Assembly (NCBI GenBank): GCA_046582655.1
Contig: JAYGDX010000195.1
Coordinates: 28,568 to 92,567, forward strand
Length of the DNA: 64,000 bases
From: Candidatus Poribacteria bacterium
GTDB taxonomy: Bacteria; Poribacteria; WGA-4E; UBA9662
Direction of reading: 5' to 3'
Part shown: positions 28,851 to 38,930 of the stretch, piece after piece
How the letters are laid out: each line of letters opens with the position of its first letter
Numbering within the stretch: the first letter of the stretch is position 1
The notes under the pieces: generated by a model
What the model saw: the letters and a program-made list of their open reading frames with translations, nothing else
The model's database searches: none
Told to the model about the DNA's origin: nothing
Translations under genes and position numbers: made by a program

Positions 28851-29315
28851 CTACATTTCCGTTTCTAATGTGTTAGTAGCAGATGACTCAGAAATAGTTT
28901 TCACTAGCGAAGCATCTATTTCTCGGCCATCAACCAATAAGAACATTTGCCCATCTTCCCCCATCCGGATTGAGGAGACAATACCACCAATCAGATCACC
29001 GGAATTTCCCCCTCCTAACGGAGCGGCCTCGACATATTTGCCTAAGATTGTGCTTGCTTGCATTAGAGCCATGGCAGCAAAATTCTTATTTAGATTCTGC
29101 ATTTGTTCAAGCGCACTAAATTCAGCCATTTGCGACACAAACTGTTGGTTGTCCATTGGCTCTAGCGGGTTTTGATGCTGCAACTGCGTCGTCAGTAGTT
29201 TCAAGAAAGCCTGTTTATCTAGTGAATCCTGTGTCCCCTTGACAGCATACGGATCATCCGTTTTCCCGATCAGGTCTGCAATGTTGAAACCAATTGGATT
29301 TATACCCATTCTCAA
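28851..29315 (-). CDS. flgD: Flagellar hook capping protein FlgD
   Basis: LDKQAFLKLLTTQLQHQNPLEPMDNQQFVSQMAEFSALEQMQNLN. Confidence 0.95.
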   Translation of the reverse strand: MRMGINPIGFNIADLIGKTDDPYAVKGTQDSLDKQAFLKLLTTQLQHQNPLEPMDNQQFVSQMAEFSALEQMQNLNKNFAAMALMQASTILGKYVEAAPLGGGNSGDLIGGIVSSIRMGEDGQMFLLVDGREIDASLVKTISESSATNTLETEM

Positions 29316-29324
29316 TCTCCTATG

Positions 29325-31277
29325 TCATACTAAATGGTCAAACGAATATGATCGATCTGACACGCTTTGTCTCTCTTCTGAACTTTGACTGCCTGTCATC
29401 GTTTGTCGAATTGCCTGAGACATTTGATCCATGTCGCGATTTGAACCATTCCAACCGTCTTGACGATATCCCATGTTTTCTTGCCAACCGTTAAACTGGT
29501 TCGATTGATGAGAACTGTCTCCATGTTGCGAATCGCCACTACCAGTTGTCACTTGGAAGTTGTCAATTTGAATACCCTGGTCAGTAAGCGCACTACGAAG
29601 TTGTGCCAGGTTTCCACGGACAACTTCAGCAACCATGGCATTCCGAACGTGGATTCGAGCATTAAGCGAACTATCTTCAAACAAAAGCCGAATGTGAAGC
29701 CGACCCAGTCTGGGAGGTTCAAGATCGATAACTGCCTCCTGCATACCTCGAGACAGCTGCGGACTGATTTTATCAATAATCTGAATCATCACACGGTCGG
29801 CGTTGGCCAGTTGTAGTGTTGCAGCATTGTTAAGTCCCTCGGCGCTATTCATTAAAGCGGCAAGCTGATTTGCATCCAGATTTTGAATTTGATTCCAACT
29901 CAACGTTAAGTTCTGAACCGAATTTGTGACGGTACTTGGAGCATTAGCTACCAGTTCGGACGGTAGCTGGATTTTCTGAGAATCCAACTGCTGTTGCTGT
30001 TGACCATTACTACTCTGATTTGAATCCAACTGCATCAGTGCAGTTCTAAGCCGTTGCAACAAAGCAAAATTTGTCTGATTGCCATCACCAACATTAGCTA
30101 ACAATTCAACCAGCGCCGTTCGCCCGCCATCCTCCGCTTTCGGCTGGGCAATCAGGAAGTCGCGGACAGAACCAATCAAAGAGGCCCTAGAACGAGCTCG
30201 TCTTAGGAGATCCGACTCTCCGTTGTCAGACGAATCGGCATCAGTAGAAGGAGCTTGAACTACATGAAACTGACGGGAATTCGTTTGCTCCATATCAACT
30301 GTCTGCTGCCGAGAAACCAGGACATTCTCAACATTTTGCTGACTCAATTCCACATCCGGCGGCGTGTTTTCAGGCGCAGAAAAATCCTGATTTAATTCGA
30401 CTGCTGCAATTTCTTCTTCGACTGACGTTATCTCTACCTCAACGCCTTTGGCATCCATTGGCATAGCCAGACCTTCTGAAGATGATTCAACTACCTCAGT
30501 TCTAGGCTGATCCATATCAACCGCTGCAAACAATCCGGAATCATAATCCACCGGTGAAACGGCAGTTTCATCCTCAGGCAGATTATCAAGATTAGCTTCT
30601 GTAGACACAACAACATTTTCAAACCGAACAACATCCGCTGCTTCAATATCGATTTCGGTTTCCGATGCAACCGATGTGCCAGATATAGAAACAGGCTCGA
30701 GCTCCCCATCCGGAATAATCTGGGATGAAGCAACTAGAGATTTCAAGTCAATATCAGGTGCATTTTCCAGCCCATCTCTGGTCAAGCCAGCAACAACTGC
30801 CTCCAAGACCTCTTCTAGATTGGTTGTTGCTTGTTGTCCAACTCCATCCAACGACGCATTAGTTCCTTCAGCACTATCTTCAACCGTGTCAATATACTGA
30901 CTAAGTTGCCGAATCACCATATCGGCCAAGCCAAGTTGTCCACTTTCTGCCATCCTCAGGGCGTACTGCTCATCGAGCATGCTGTTAAAGATTTTCATCG
31001 AAGTGCTGTTAGCACCAAGAAAATCTGTTTGGTTGGCTGTATCCCGCATCATAGAGAGCAGTTGGGCGGTAAAGACAGCTTCAAACTCCTTTGCAGTCTC
31101 CGCCAGTTTCTCAGTATCAGAACTTACCGATGACCCTGCGATCAAACCTCTTCTGATACTCTCAACTTTAGGATTGTCCTGTTTCCCCACATTGGCATGG
31201 GAAAGTAATTTTTTAGATGCAGCCGTATCTAAGCTTTCATCTGTTAGCTCTTGTAATAAAACAGGAAAAACTTCCAT
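29325..31277 (-). CDS. Fusion of FlgJ rod-binding domain (N-term) and FliK hook-length control domain (C-term)
   Basis: N-term KLAETAKEFEAVFTAQLLSMMRDT...FNSMLDEQYA...LGLADMVIRQL; C-term EAVIDLEPPRLGRLHIRL...LAQLRSALTDQGIQIDNFQV; one 650-aa ORF between flgI and flgD. Confidence 0.88.
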   Translation of the reverse strand: MEVFPVLLQELTDESLDTAASKKLLSHANVGKQDNPKVESIRRGLIAGSSVSSDTEKLAETAKEFEAVFTAQLLSMMRDTANQTDFLGANSTSMKIFNSMLDEQYALRMAESGQLGLADMVIRQLSQYIDTVEDSAEGTNASLDGVGQQATTNLEEVLEAVVAGLTRDGLENAPDIDLKSLVASSQIIPDGELEPVSISGTSVASETEIDIEAADVVRFENVVVSTEANLDNLPEDETAVSPVDYDSGLFAAVDMDQPRTEVVESSSEGLAMPMDAKGVEVEITSVEEEIAAVELNQDFSAPENTPPDVELSQQNVENVLVSRQQTVDMEQTNSRQFHVVQAPSTDADSSDNGESDLLRRARSRASLIGSVRDFLIAQPKAEDGGRTALVELLANVGDGNQTNFALLQRLRTALMQLDSNQSSNGQQQQQLDSQKIQLPSELVANAPSTVTNSVQNLTLSWNQIQNLDANQLAALMNSAEGLNNAATLQLANADRVMIQIIDKISPQLSRGMQEAVIDLEPPRLGRLHIRLLFEDSSLNARIHVRNAMVAEVVRGNLAQLRSALTDQGIQIDNFQVTTGSGDSQHGDSSHQSNQFNGWQENMGYRQDGWNGSNRDMDQMSQAIRQTMTGSQSSEERQSVSDRSYSFDHLV

Positions 31278-31289
31278 TATCTAAATCCT

Positions 31290-32345
31290 TCACATAATGA
31301 TTAAAGTTGCATGCAACGCGCCCGCCTTTTCCATCAACTTCAAGACCTCGATCAGATCTTCGGTCTTTGTGCCAACAGACTTGAGGGCAGTAATAACATC
31401 ATCTAAAGTGGTTCCGTTAGAAGACACAGGAGTAATTTTGATGGTCGTCAATGCACTATCACCATCCTGGCCACTACCATTACCGAGAGAAACAGCAAAT
31501 GGGGAGATTTGAACCCCTTCTCCAATAACAACTGCTCCCGTCTTAGGGTCAACAACAACGGTTGCTTGCATGTTAGGCTTAATCTTCAACTCACCAATCG
31601 CTGCAATAAAATTGACCAGCTTGCCACCATAGTAGGCCTTGGGAACTTCAACCTTGACGGTTCCTGAATCCACGGGTTCAGCCATGCCGTTCCAAAAAGT
31701 TTCATTAATCTTCTTAGCAATTAAACTCGATGTACTATAGTTGGGATGATTCAAACGGAGAGTGATTGAATCCATGTCATCCAGACTTGCTTCCAAATTA
31801 CGGATCACTAACCCTCCAGCCACAATTTTTCCATTTGGCGGCAAAGTTCCGCCACGTTGTCCCTGTGGCCTGGTAACAACAATTCGACCCTGCGCCGTCG
31901 CATATACCTTTCCATCCCCGGCTTGCAATCGTGCGAAAATTAGCGTTCCATTGTTTAGATCCTTGGCGTCTCCCATTGAAGAAACAAACACATCAAGCCG
32001 ATCCCCGGTTTTTGCAAAAGGCGGGAGGTCAGCTGTCACTATCACTGCAGCAATGTTCCTCGCCTGTAGCTGATCCGGATCCAGACGAACCCCCTCCATT
32101 CGGCTCAACATATTCGATAATGCTTGCCGTCCCAAGACTAAACGCGTGCTATCACCTGACCCCGGCAATCCAACGACAATCCCCATCCCCAATAACTGGT
32201 TTGAGTTGACTTCCTGAATTCGGGTGATATCTCCCATCTGAACTTCAACAGCAAAAACAGAAGTAACAAATATGAGAGAAAACAATAACGAAAATTGACA
32301 TACAACCCGTTTTGAGTTCGAGTAATATATTTTCTTTTTCATCAC
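31290..32345 (-). CDS. flgI: Flagellar P-ring protein FlgI
   Basis: NQLLGMGIVVGLPGSGD; NIAAVIVTADLPPFA; SSMGDAKDL; KAGALHATL. Confidence 0.96.
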   Translation of the reverse strand: MMKKKIYYSNSKRVVCQFSLLFSLIFVTSVFAVEVQMGDITRIQEVNSNQLLGMGIVVGLPGSGDSTRLVLGRQALSNMLSRMEGVRLDPDQLQARNIAAVIVTADLPPFAKTGDRLDVFVSSMGDAKDLNNGTLIFARLQAGDGKVYATAQGRIVVTRPQGQRGGTLPPNGKIVAGGLVIRNLEASLDDMDSITLRLNHPNYSTSSLIAKKINETFWNGMAEPVDSGTVKVEVPKAYYGGKLVNFIAAIGELKIKPNMQATVVVDPKTGAVVIGEGVQISPFAVSLGNGSGQDGDSALTTIKITPVSSNGTTLDDVITALKSVGTKTEDLIEVLKLMEKAGALHATLIIM

Positions 32346-32372
32346 TATTATTTCACTACCAGTACAACTTGG

Positions 32373-33017
32373 TTAAAAAAGAAGACCTAGAAGCGAACCA
32401 ACAAAGCGGAAAGGAAAGGCAATGATCTCAACAATCTTCCCTCCTTTATCTTGCTGATCCGGCGCACGATATTCAATTCTCGCGTTTGCTAGTGCCGATG
32501 AGACAACGCTATTATTAGGAGAAATATCTAAAGGGCGAACAATCCCTTCAACAGAAATCTCAGTTTCTTGATCGTCTATTGCCGTATGCTGAGTCCCTGC
32601 AACCCTCATATTTCCATTTTCAAATACTTGCACAATAGTGGCAGTCACTGTCGCCACGAAACTGGTTTGACGCGAAGTTGTTTGAGCACCACCTCGTTTT
32701 GTTTGTCCTGTCAGCGAAGCTGTCCCACTACCATCTGGTATCGCGCCCAAAAAGCCGGTTCCCCCCGGCAAATTGGCATTCGCGCTCAAAGCAGAACTTC
32801 GATTTTTAGACGACTGTGCGTTTTGGTTGGCTTGGGCATTCTGAACAATCACAACCGTTAGCAGATCTCCAACCTTTCTACTAATTAGATCACTGTAGAG
32901 TTCATCTGTAAGTTGCCCTTCCCGATATAAAACCTGCGCATCCAACCCTCTAGCTAAGAACAAACAGACCAGCCCACAAATCATAATTATGACGAATCTA
33001 GCAAACTTTTTTAGCAT
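32373..33017 (-). CDS. flgH: Flagellar L-ring protein FlgH
   Basis: LYSD...VGDLLTVVI; VTATIVQVFENGNMRVAG; GIVRPLDISPNNSVVSSALANARIEY. Confidence 0.93.
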   Translation of the reverse strand: MLKKFARFVIIMICGLVCLFLARGLDAQVLYREGQLTDELYSDLISRKVGDLLTVVIVQNAQANQNAQSSKNRSSALSANANLPGGTGFLGAIPDGSGTASLTGQTKRGGAQTTSRQTSFVATVTATIVQVFENGNMRVAGTQHTAIDDQETEISVEGIVRPLDISPNNSVVSSALANARIEYRAPDQQDKGGKIVEIIAFPFRFVGSLLGLLF

Positions 33018-33056
33018 AAATAACCCAACTTTAATAATTCACAATAGCAGAACCAA

Positions 33057-34085
33057 TCACCGAACAACAACCTGGACGTCCCCACTGGACGTAACAACAC
33101 CAACAACGGTCCTATTAGATTGACGATTTTTTACTGATATTTCCTGCCCAATATAACCATCAGACAAGGCTTTGCCGGTACTTCTCACCCGAACTCCGTT
33201 AAAATCTGCAACGATTGTTATTAATTTTCCGCTCAAGATTTTTGGAATTCTTTCGACCATATTAGATATCAACACAGTTCCCGTGGAAATACGACGATTC
33301 GCACGTATCTGTTTAAATTGGGTTGCTTGGACAGGGGCGAGTCTCGCTTGGTCTAAGGTTTGAGTGGAGCCCTCAAAATCCTTTATGACCAGTGGATCGC
33401 CTCTGGTGAAGTCTTTCTTCGCGATCAATGTGTTAGCAGTCAGCTTTACGTCAAACGGAATTACAACTGACTTCCGTTTAACACCATCAATTAAAATGTC
33501 TAAATAGACACTGATACGTCCAGCGAGGAATTGGGACCGAAGCCGACGCAGAGAAAAATCAAGCTTGCCAGTCGGCAGACTGAGATTTGGGATTGAAGTA
33601 TCCGCTTCAATTTGGTATTCGCCGCCCTCAAAACGCTGTGTCAGTTCTTCTAACAAGGCACTTCGGGCAAAGCCGATAAGCTCTTGAGTGCTGACTAACA
33701 TGGATTTTCTGCTGACAAGCACCTTTGTTTTCTTGGAAATATCGAATGAACTCGGTTCAAGACCGATCTCTCTCAATGCTTTCTTGGCAGTTTTTAATGA
33801 ATTTCTAATAGAACCCGCATCTATAGCCACAGGAGGACGACCAACGAGAGGCGAGGACTTTAACTTTAGTGACCGAATAACCTCAAGCTGACTTTCAGTA
33901 AGCTGTGAACCCTCAATTTTCCGGGAAATATCCCCCATGTAAATGGATGGAGCATCAACTTCCACCTTATCAGCGAATGTGATTTTAATCGGTTCAGCAG
34001 AAGCTGACAAACAGGCGAAAACCAAAGACACAGCAAACAAAAAAGCTGCAAGTTTACAAACTTTCAAATGGAGCCTCTTCAACAA
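33057..34085 (-). CDS. flgA: P-ring assembly chaperone FlgA
   Basis: SAF domain and C-terminal GKALSDGYIGQEISVKNRQSNRTVVGVV; lies between flgG and flgH. Confidence 0.9.
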   Translation of the reverse strand: MLKRLHLKVCKLAAFLFAVSLVFACLSASAEPIKITFADKVEVDAPSIYMGDISRKIEGSQLTESQLEVIRSLKLKSSPLVGRPPVAIDAGSIRNSLKTAKKALREIGLEPSSFDISKKTKVLVSRKSMLVSTQELIGFARSALLEELTQRFEGGEYQIEADTSIPNLSLPTGKLDFSLRRLRSQFLAGRISVYLDILIDGVKRKSVVIPFDVKLTANTLIAKKDFTRGDPLVIKDFEGSTQTLDQARLAPVQATQFKQIRANRRISTGTVLISNMVERIPKILSGKLITIVADFNGVRVRSTGKALSDGYIGQEISVKNRQSNRTVVGVVTSSGDVQVVVR

Positions 34086-34122
34086 GCGTTAAAGCTAAAA
34101 CAAATAAATAGTTGATTAAGAT

Positions 34123-34899
34123 CTACCTACGAATTTGGTTTGCTGTTGATAACATATCATCGGAAGCGAGAATTGCGCGTGAGTTTGCTTCGTACGCACG
34201 TTGCGCTGTAATTAAACGAACCATTTCTTCAACAACTTCAACGTTTGAAATCTCTAGAAAACCAGAGGTAACCGTTCCGAACTGGTCCTCCGTAGCCACA
34301 CCAGAAGCTGCCGTTTGGCGATAGAAGTTTGCGCCGATGCTCTGCAAACCAGCGGGGTTAGGAAACCGGAAAATCGTAATTTGCCCAACCTGCTGAGGCT
34401 CTTCTTGACCATCGGAACGAACAGAAACGGTTCCATCAGGGCCGATCGAAACGTCTGCGGCATCCTCTGGAATATTGATAGACGGATCAAGAACATGACC
34501 ATCGGTAGTAACAATCCGAAACTGATCATCTAACTTGAAAGACCCATCACGAGTATAAATCAGGTTTTGTTTATCATCAACAACCTTAAAAAATGAATAT
34601 GGACTGTCAAGCTTTAAGTCGAAAACGTTTTTCGTTTCGACAACATTGCCGAGCGAAAACATGCGTTGAGTTGCTGCGGTTCTTACACCATGACCGAGTT
34701 GTATTCCAACTGGAACAATCGTTTGCTGCGTGCTTTGCACACCTGGAGTCCGAAGTGTCTGGTACAGCAAATCTTGAAATTCAACCCGTGCTTTCTTGAA
34801 ACCTGTGGTATTAACGTTAGCTAAGTTATTAGCAATTGTATCAACATTGAACTGTTGAGCTCGCATGCCAGTTGCAGCTGTAAACAATGCGTTAATCAT
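34123..34899 (-). CDS. flgG: Flagellar basal-body distal rod protein FlgG
   Basis: AATGMRAQQFNVDTIANNLANVNTTGFKKARVEFQDLLYQ; GIQLGHGVR; LEISNVEVVEEMVRLITAQRAYEANSR. Confidence 0.96.
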   Translation of the reverse strand: MINALFTAATGMRAQQFNVDTIANNLANVNTTGFKKARVEFQDLLYQTLRTPGVQSTQQTIVPVGIQLGHGVRTAATQRMFSLGNVVETKNVFDLKLDSPYSFFKVVDDKQNLIYTRDGSFKLDDQFRIVTTDGHVLDPSINIPEDAADVSIGPDGTVSVRSDGQEEPQQVGQITIFRFPNPAGLQSIGANFYRQTAASGVATEDQFGTVTSGFLEISNVEVVEEMVRLITAQRAYEANSRAILASDDMLSTANQIRR

Positions 34900-35250
34900 A
34901 AATTTCCTTCTTTAATCCCTACGACTTTAAAAAGGGCATTCCACATTTATGATTTATTGGGAAAGCACCATCAAGTCTCTAAATTTAAGTTATTTGGGAA
35001 TACTATAAAGTTTCAGGGGCACCAAATTTCAAGGAGGGAATTAGCAGGTTTAAACAACACTACGTTCTCTGCAAAAAACAAGATTCACCGCAATCTTCCA
35101 AACATAAGCCCAAATACGGCTAATCTAAAATTGCTTGGCCGCTTCAATCGTTCAACAGCCATTGGCTTCTGCAAAGCAGTCCAGCCTTGAAATCCAAATC
35201 AGTAGTATCTACAGTTTCCCTTTTGCACCCTCTAACAAAAATGCCATGCT

Positions 35251-35279
35251 AGATTATCACACAGCAATTTTTTTGTCAA
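35251..35279 (-). promoter_or_regulatory. Putative sigma70 promoter of the flagellar operon
   Basis: TTGACA(35279-35274)-N17-TAATCT(35256-35251) with TGn extended -10, about 350 nt upstream of the flgG ATG. Confidence 0.6.
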
Positions 35280-36013
35280 CTAAAAAACTTGCTTTTTTTA
35301 GTTCAGCCTTTTTCAAGCAAAAATCCTCATTGAAACCCTATTGAATTCGCATTTCCCACCGCTATTATAATAGCCTTTCAAAACAAGCTATTGATATAAT
35401 ATCTTGCGAACAACTAAACTGCAAATATCAGAATAGCTAATACTTAACACCTTGAACTGCAAAACTGAACCTAAGGATGCATCGTGTATGATTATGAATG
35501 GAACCTATTGAAAATTTTCCACTTTAATTAAATCGATTAAGAAATAGAACATTAGATTTTGAAGATCCCAATTTAAGTTTCCAACGCCCTATTAGGTTAA
35601 TGCATACACTTCTCGAAAAAACTTGCTTTTTTGGTGTTCAATGTGTTATTTTCTGACCTCTGAAAGTTTTGCGAATAAGTTTTGTTTAGTTCAGGCTTAA
35701 TCTTGAGAATTTGGAGATTATCCTCTTTAAAAGCATTCTAATGCCAGCCCTAAATGTTTTCAACTACGCTGAAATATACTTCGTCTCCCTAGTTTCACAC
35801 ATCTAAGTTAGCTGATAATGTGAATCGTTATTATTTTCATAGACAAGCTTATCTTCATAAGGGTTGTATATAATCCTACAAGAAAACGGGTTTGGTTTTT
35901 TCCCATATTACATAGATCTCTGGATCCCCAGTTTTAGATCAAAAAGGCACTAACGGCAATTTAACTATTGAGATAGAAAATTTTAGTGTAATAATTTAAG
36001 GACATATATACAT

Positions 36014-37717
36014 ATGATTGAACATGATGTGCTCGTAATCGGCGGAGGCTTAGCAGGAATGAGTGCTGCTCTCCATGCCAAACAGGCTGGAGCAGATGTA
36101 GCTATGCTCTCCAAAGTTTATCCAACACGTTCACATTCAGCCGCCGCGCAGGGTGGCATAAACTCCGCTATAGGAGTTGAGGACTCTTGGGAAGTACATG
36201 CCTACGAAACGGTTAAGGGGAGCGATTTCCTGGGAGATCAAGACGCCATTGAAATTCTATGCCGAGAAGGTATTGAAGACATTTTTGCGCTTGAACATTA
36301 CGGGGTCATCTTTGACCGGGATGATGAGGGGCTTATCCACATGCGAGGTTTTGGTGGCACGGACAAAAGTCGGACTTGCCATGTTGGCGATATGACTGGC
36401 CAGACCATACTGCATGTTATTTACGAACAACTTCTTAGGCTGGAAGTCCAATCTTACAATGAATGGTTTGTCACAACCCTGTTGATGGAAGATGGGATAT
36501 GCTACGGCGCAGTTGCCATGGAAATGATTAGTGGCAAACTAGAAATCATTAAAGCCAAGTCGATTATTATTTGTACTGGCGGGTGCGGTCGTGTCTATGA
36601 ACCAAGCACTAATGGGCTGATAGTAACAGGTGATGGATTATCCTTAGCCTATCGTGCAGGCGCAGTGCTTATGGATATGGAAATGGTGCAATATCACCCA
36701 ACCACATTGCCCGCTAATGGTTTTCTCATAACAGAAGGGGCACGAGGTGAGGGTGCATATTTGCTAAATGCCAATGATGAGCGTTTCATGCTAGATCCAC
36801 GTTATGAAGCTACAACGTTGGCAGAAAAAGCGTCGCGTGATGTCGTTTCGCGTGCGGAGACAATCGAAATCCGAGAAGGACGTGGAATAAATGGTTGTGT
36901 CTTACTGGACTGTCGTCATATTAAAGATCGCATCTTAGAAGCTTTTCATCAAATTTCTGAGCTTGCAAAGGATTATGCCGGTGTTGATATAACGAACGAA
37001 CCGCTGCCAGTTTGTCCAGGGATGCATTATCTTATGGGTGGCATTAAGACTGACATCGATGGTCGTTGCTATCGATATAATGGGGAAGGCATCGACCCTC
37101 TCCCAGGTTTGTATGCTGCTGGTGAGGCTGCTTGTGCTTCCGCACATGGAGCCAATCGGCTGGGAGGTAACAGTTTACTAGATTGTGTCGTCTTTGGTCG
37201 TAGAGCTGGAGTGCACGCTGCCCAATACGCTAATGATACCAACGATGTTAACATCTCCGAACAAGTGATACAAACCGAAGAGCAGAAAATTGCTGATATC
37301 TTTGCTCGTGCAACCGACGAACGTCCAGCAACCCTAAGGTTGGAAATGGGTAATATTATGCATGAGTTCACCGGCGTATTTCGAGACGAATCAGGCTTGC
37401 TCGAATCACAGCGCCGAATTGGGCTAGTAAGAGAGCGCTATCCCCAGATCTCCGTTGATGATAAAGGTAGAGTATTCAACACTGATTTAGTGGCAGCTCT
37501 AGAGCTAAATTATATGCTTGATTGTGCAGAGGTAATTATCGCTAGTTGCCTTGCTCGCCAAGAAAGTCGTGGTGCACACACACGCACTGATCATCCTAAA
37601 CGAGACGATGAAAATTGGCTCAAACATGTGGTTATCTACCGGACAGATGAAGGTCCTGCAATTGATTATTTACCGGTAATCATCACTAAATGGCAACCAG
37701 AGTTGCGGCAATACTAA
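36014..37717 (+). CDS. sdhA: Succinate dehydrogenase/fumarate reductase flavoprotein (type E operon)
   Basis: GGGLAG; RSHSAAAQGGIN; QYHPT; LITEGARGEG; HYLMGG; HGANRLGGNSL; ESRGAH. Confidence 0.95.
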   Translation: MIEHDVLVIGGGLAGMSAALHAKQAGADVAMLSKVYPTRSHSAAAQGGINSAIGVEDSWEVHAYETVKGSDFLGDQDAIEILCREGIEDIFALEHYGVIFDRDDEGLIHMRGFGGTDKSRTCHVGDMTGQTILHVIYEQLLRLEVQSYNEWFVTTLLMEDGICYGAVAMEMISGKLEIIKAKSIIICTGGCGRVYEPSTNGLIVTGDGLSLAYRAGAVLMDMEMVQYHPTTLPANGFLITEGARGEGAYLLNANDERFMLDPRYEATTLAEKASRDVVSRAETIEIREGRGINGCVLLDCRHIKDRILEAFHQISELAKDYAGVDITNEPLPVCPGMHYLMGGIKTDIDGRCYRYNGEGIDPLPGLYAAGEAACASAHGANRLGGNSLLDCVVFGRRAGVHAAQYANDTNDVNISEQVIQTEEQKIADIFARATDERPATLRLEMGNIMHEFTGVFRDESGLLESQRRIGLVRERYPQISVDDKGRVFNTDLVAALELNYMLDCAEVIIASCLARQESRGAHTRTDHPKRDDENWLKHVVIYRTDEGPAIDYLPVIITKWQPELRQY

Positions 37718-37745
37718 GGATTGATTTGAAAGGAACCAGAAGAAG

Positions 37746-38702
37746 ATGATTCAAGCTAAACTTAAGGTTTATCGCTATGATCCTCAAAAAGACCAAGAGT
37801 CGCATTACGATACTTATACAGTGGATAATTTACCTGACTTTGCTACAGTACTTGATGCGCTTATCAAAATTCGTGAAGAAATAGATGGCACACTGACACT
37901 GCGTTGTTCTTGCAGAAGCGCGGTTTGCGGATCGTGTGCCTTTCGGGTGAATGGGCACGCGAAACTAGGATGCAAGACCAAACTATCGGCTCTTGCACCT
38001 GATGGTGAGGAAATTTGTGTAGATCCGATGGGCAACATGGAAGTAATTAAAGATCTTGTGACTAGTATGGACACATTTTGGGATAAGCTACGGCAAGTTA
38101 AGCCGTGGATTGAGACTGAAGGTGAACCACCGGAACGTGAGTACAAAGTCCCACATAGCAAGATGGTCGAGTTACAGCAACCAATGAATTGCATCATGTG
38201 TGGAGCGTGTGTAAGTGACTGTACAGTATTAGAGGTAGATGAAAATTTTTTGGCTCCAGCAGCACTCGCCAAGGCTTACCGAGTAGTTGGGGATCCCCGC
38301 CATGCTCCAACTAAAGAATCACTAATAAATCTAAGTCAAGAAGGCGGTATCTGGGATTGTACTCGTTGTCTGGAGTGTGTGCAAGTTTGTCCAAAAGATG
38401 TGGCGCCGATGGATCAAATCATCAAGTTGCGTGAACTCGCTATCAAAGAGGGGCTGACTGGAAACGTGGGTGCTAAACATGTGATTCATTTCACCAAAAG
38501 TGTATCACATAGCGGTACAATTGATGAACGCACTCTACCTATTAAGGCCGCGGGTTTGGGTTGGGCTATAAAAAACACAGGTACTGCAATCAAGGCAATA
38601 TTGAAAGGGAAGATTAAACCTCCCTTTCCAGGTACTCACCCATCAGTCACAGAAGTAAAGGACATACGGCGCATCCATATGGAACTGGAAGAAAAATCCT
38701 AA
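37746..38702 (+). CDS. sdhB: Succinate dehydrogenase iron-sulfur subunit (type E, extended C-terminus)
   Basis: SCRSAVCGSC; CIMCGACVSDC; CTRCLECVQVCP (four Cys in the third cluster motif). Confidence 0.95.
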   Translation: MIQAKLKVYRYDPQKDQESHYDTYTVDNLPDFATVLDALIKIREEIDGTLTLRCSCRSAVCGSCAFRVNGHAKLGCKTKLSALAPDGEEICVDPMGNMEVIKDLVTSMDTFWDKLRQVKPWIETEGEPPEREYKVPHSKMVELQQPMNCIMCGACVSDCTVLEVDENFLAPAALAKAYRVVGDPRHAPTKESLINLSQEGGIWDCTRCLECVQVCPKDVAPMDQIIKLRELAIKEGLTGNVGAKHVIHFTKSVSHSGTIDERTLPIKAAGLGWAIKNTGTAIKAILKGKIKPPFPGTHPSVTEVKDIRRIHMELEEKS

Positions 38703-38930
38703 AACAAAATATGGAATGAATGTGCAGTGGTTTGTCCCAAGTCGATTTATATATCCAGATATTTCCCCGAAGAGTATCAGAATATACTAAAGCTGCCTTC
38801 AACTCAGGAAGCGGCTGAATTGATAGAAACCCAACGTCTTTGTTAATCGGACCCCGTACGAATTCACTAGAAAACAGTAGTCATATCATGATGGATCGAT
38901 AAATTACAACTGATATAGGAGTAAATCTAA

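Noticed and set aside
34900..35250. c-di-GMP riboswitch in the flagellar leader
   Set aside because: The expected conserved motifs were not recognisable by eye.
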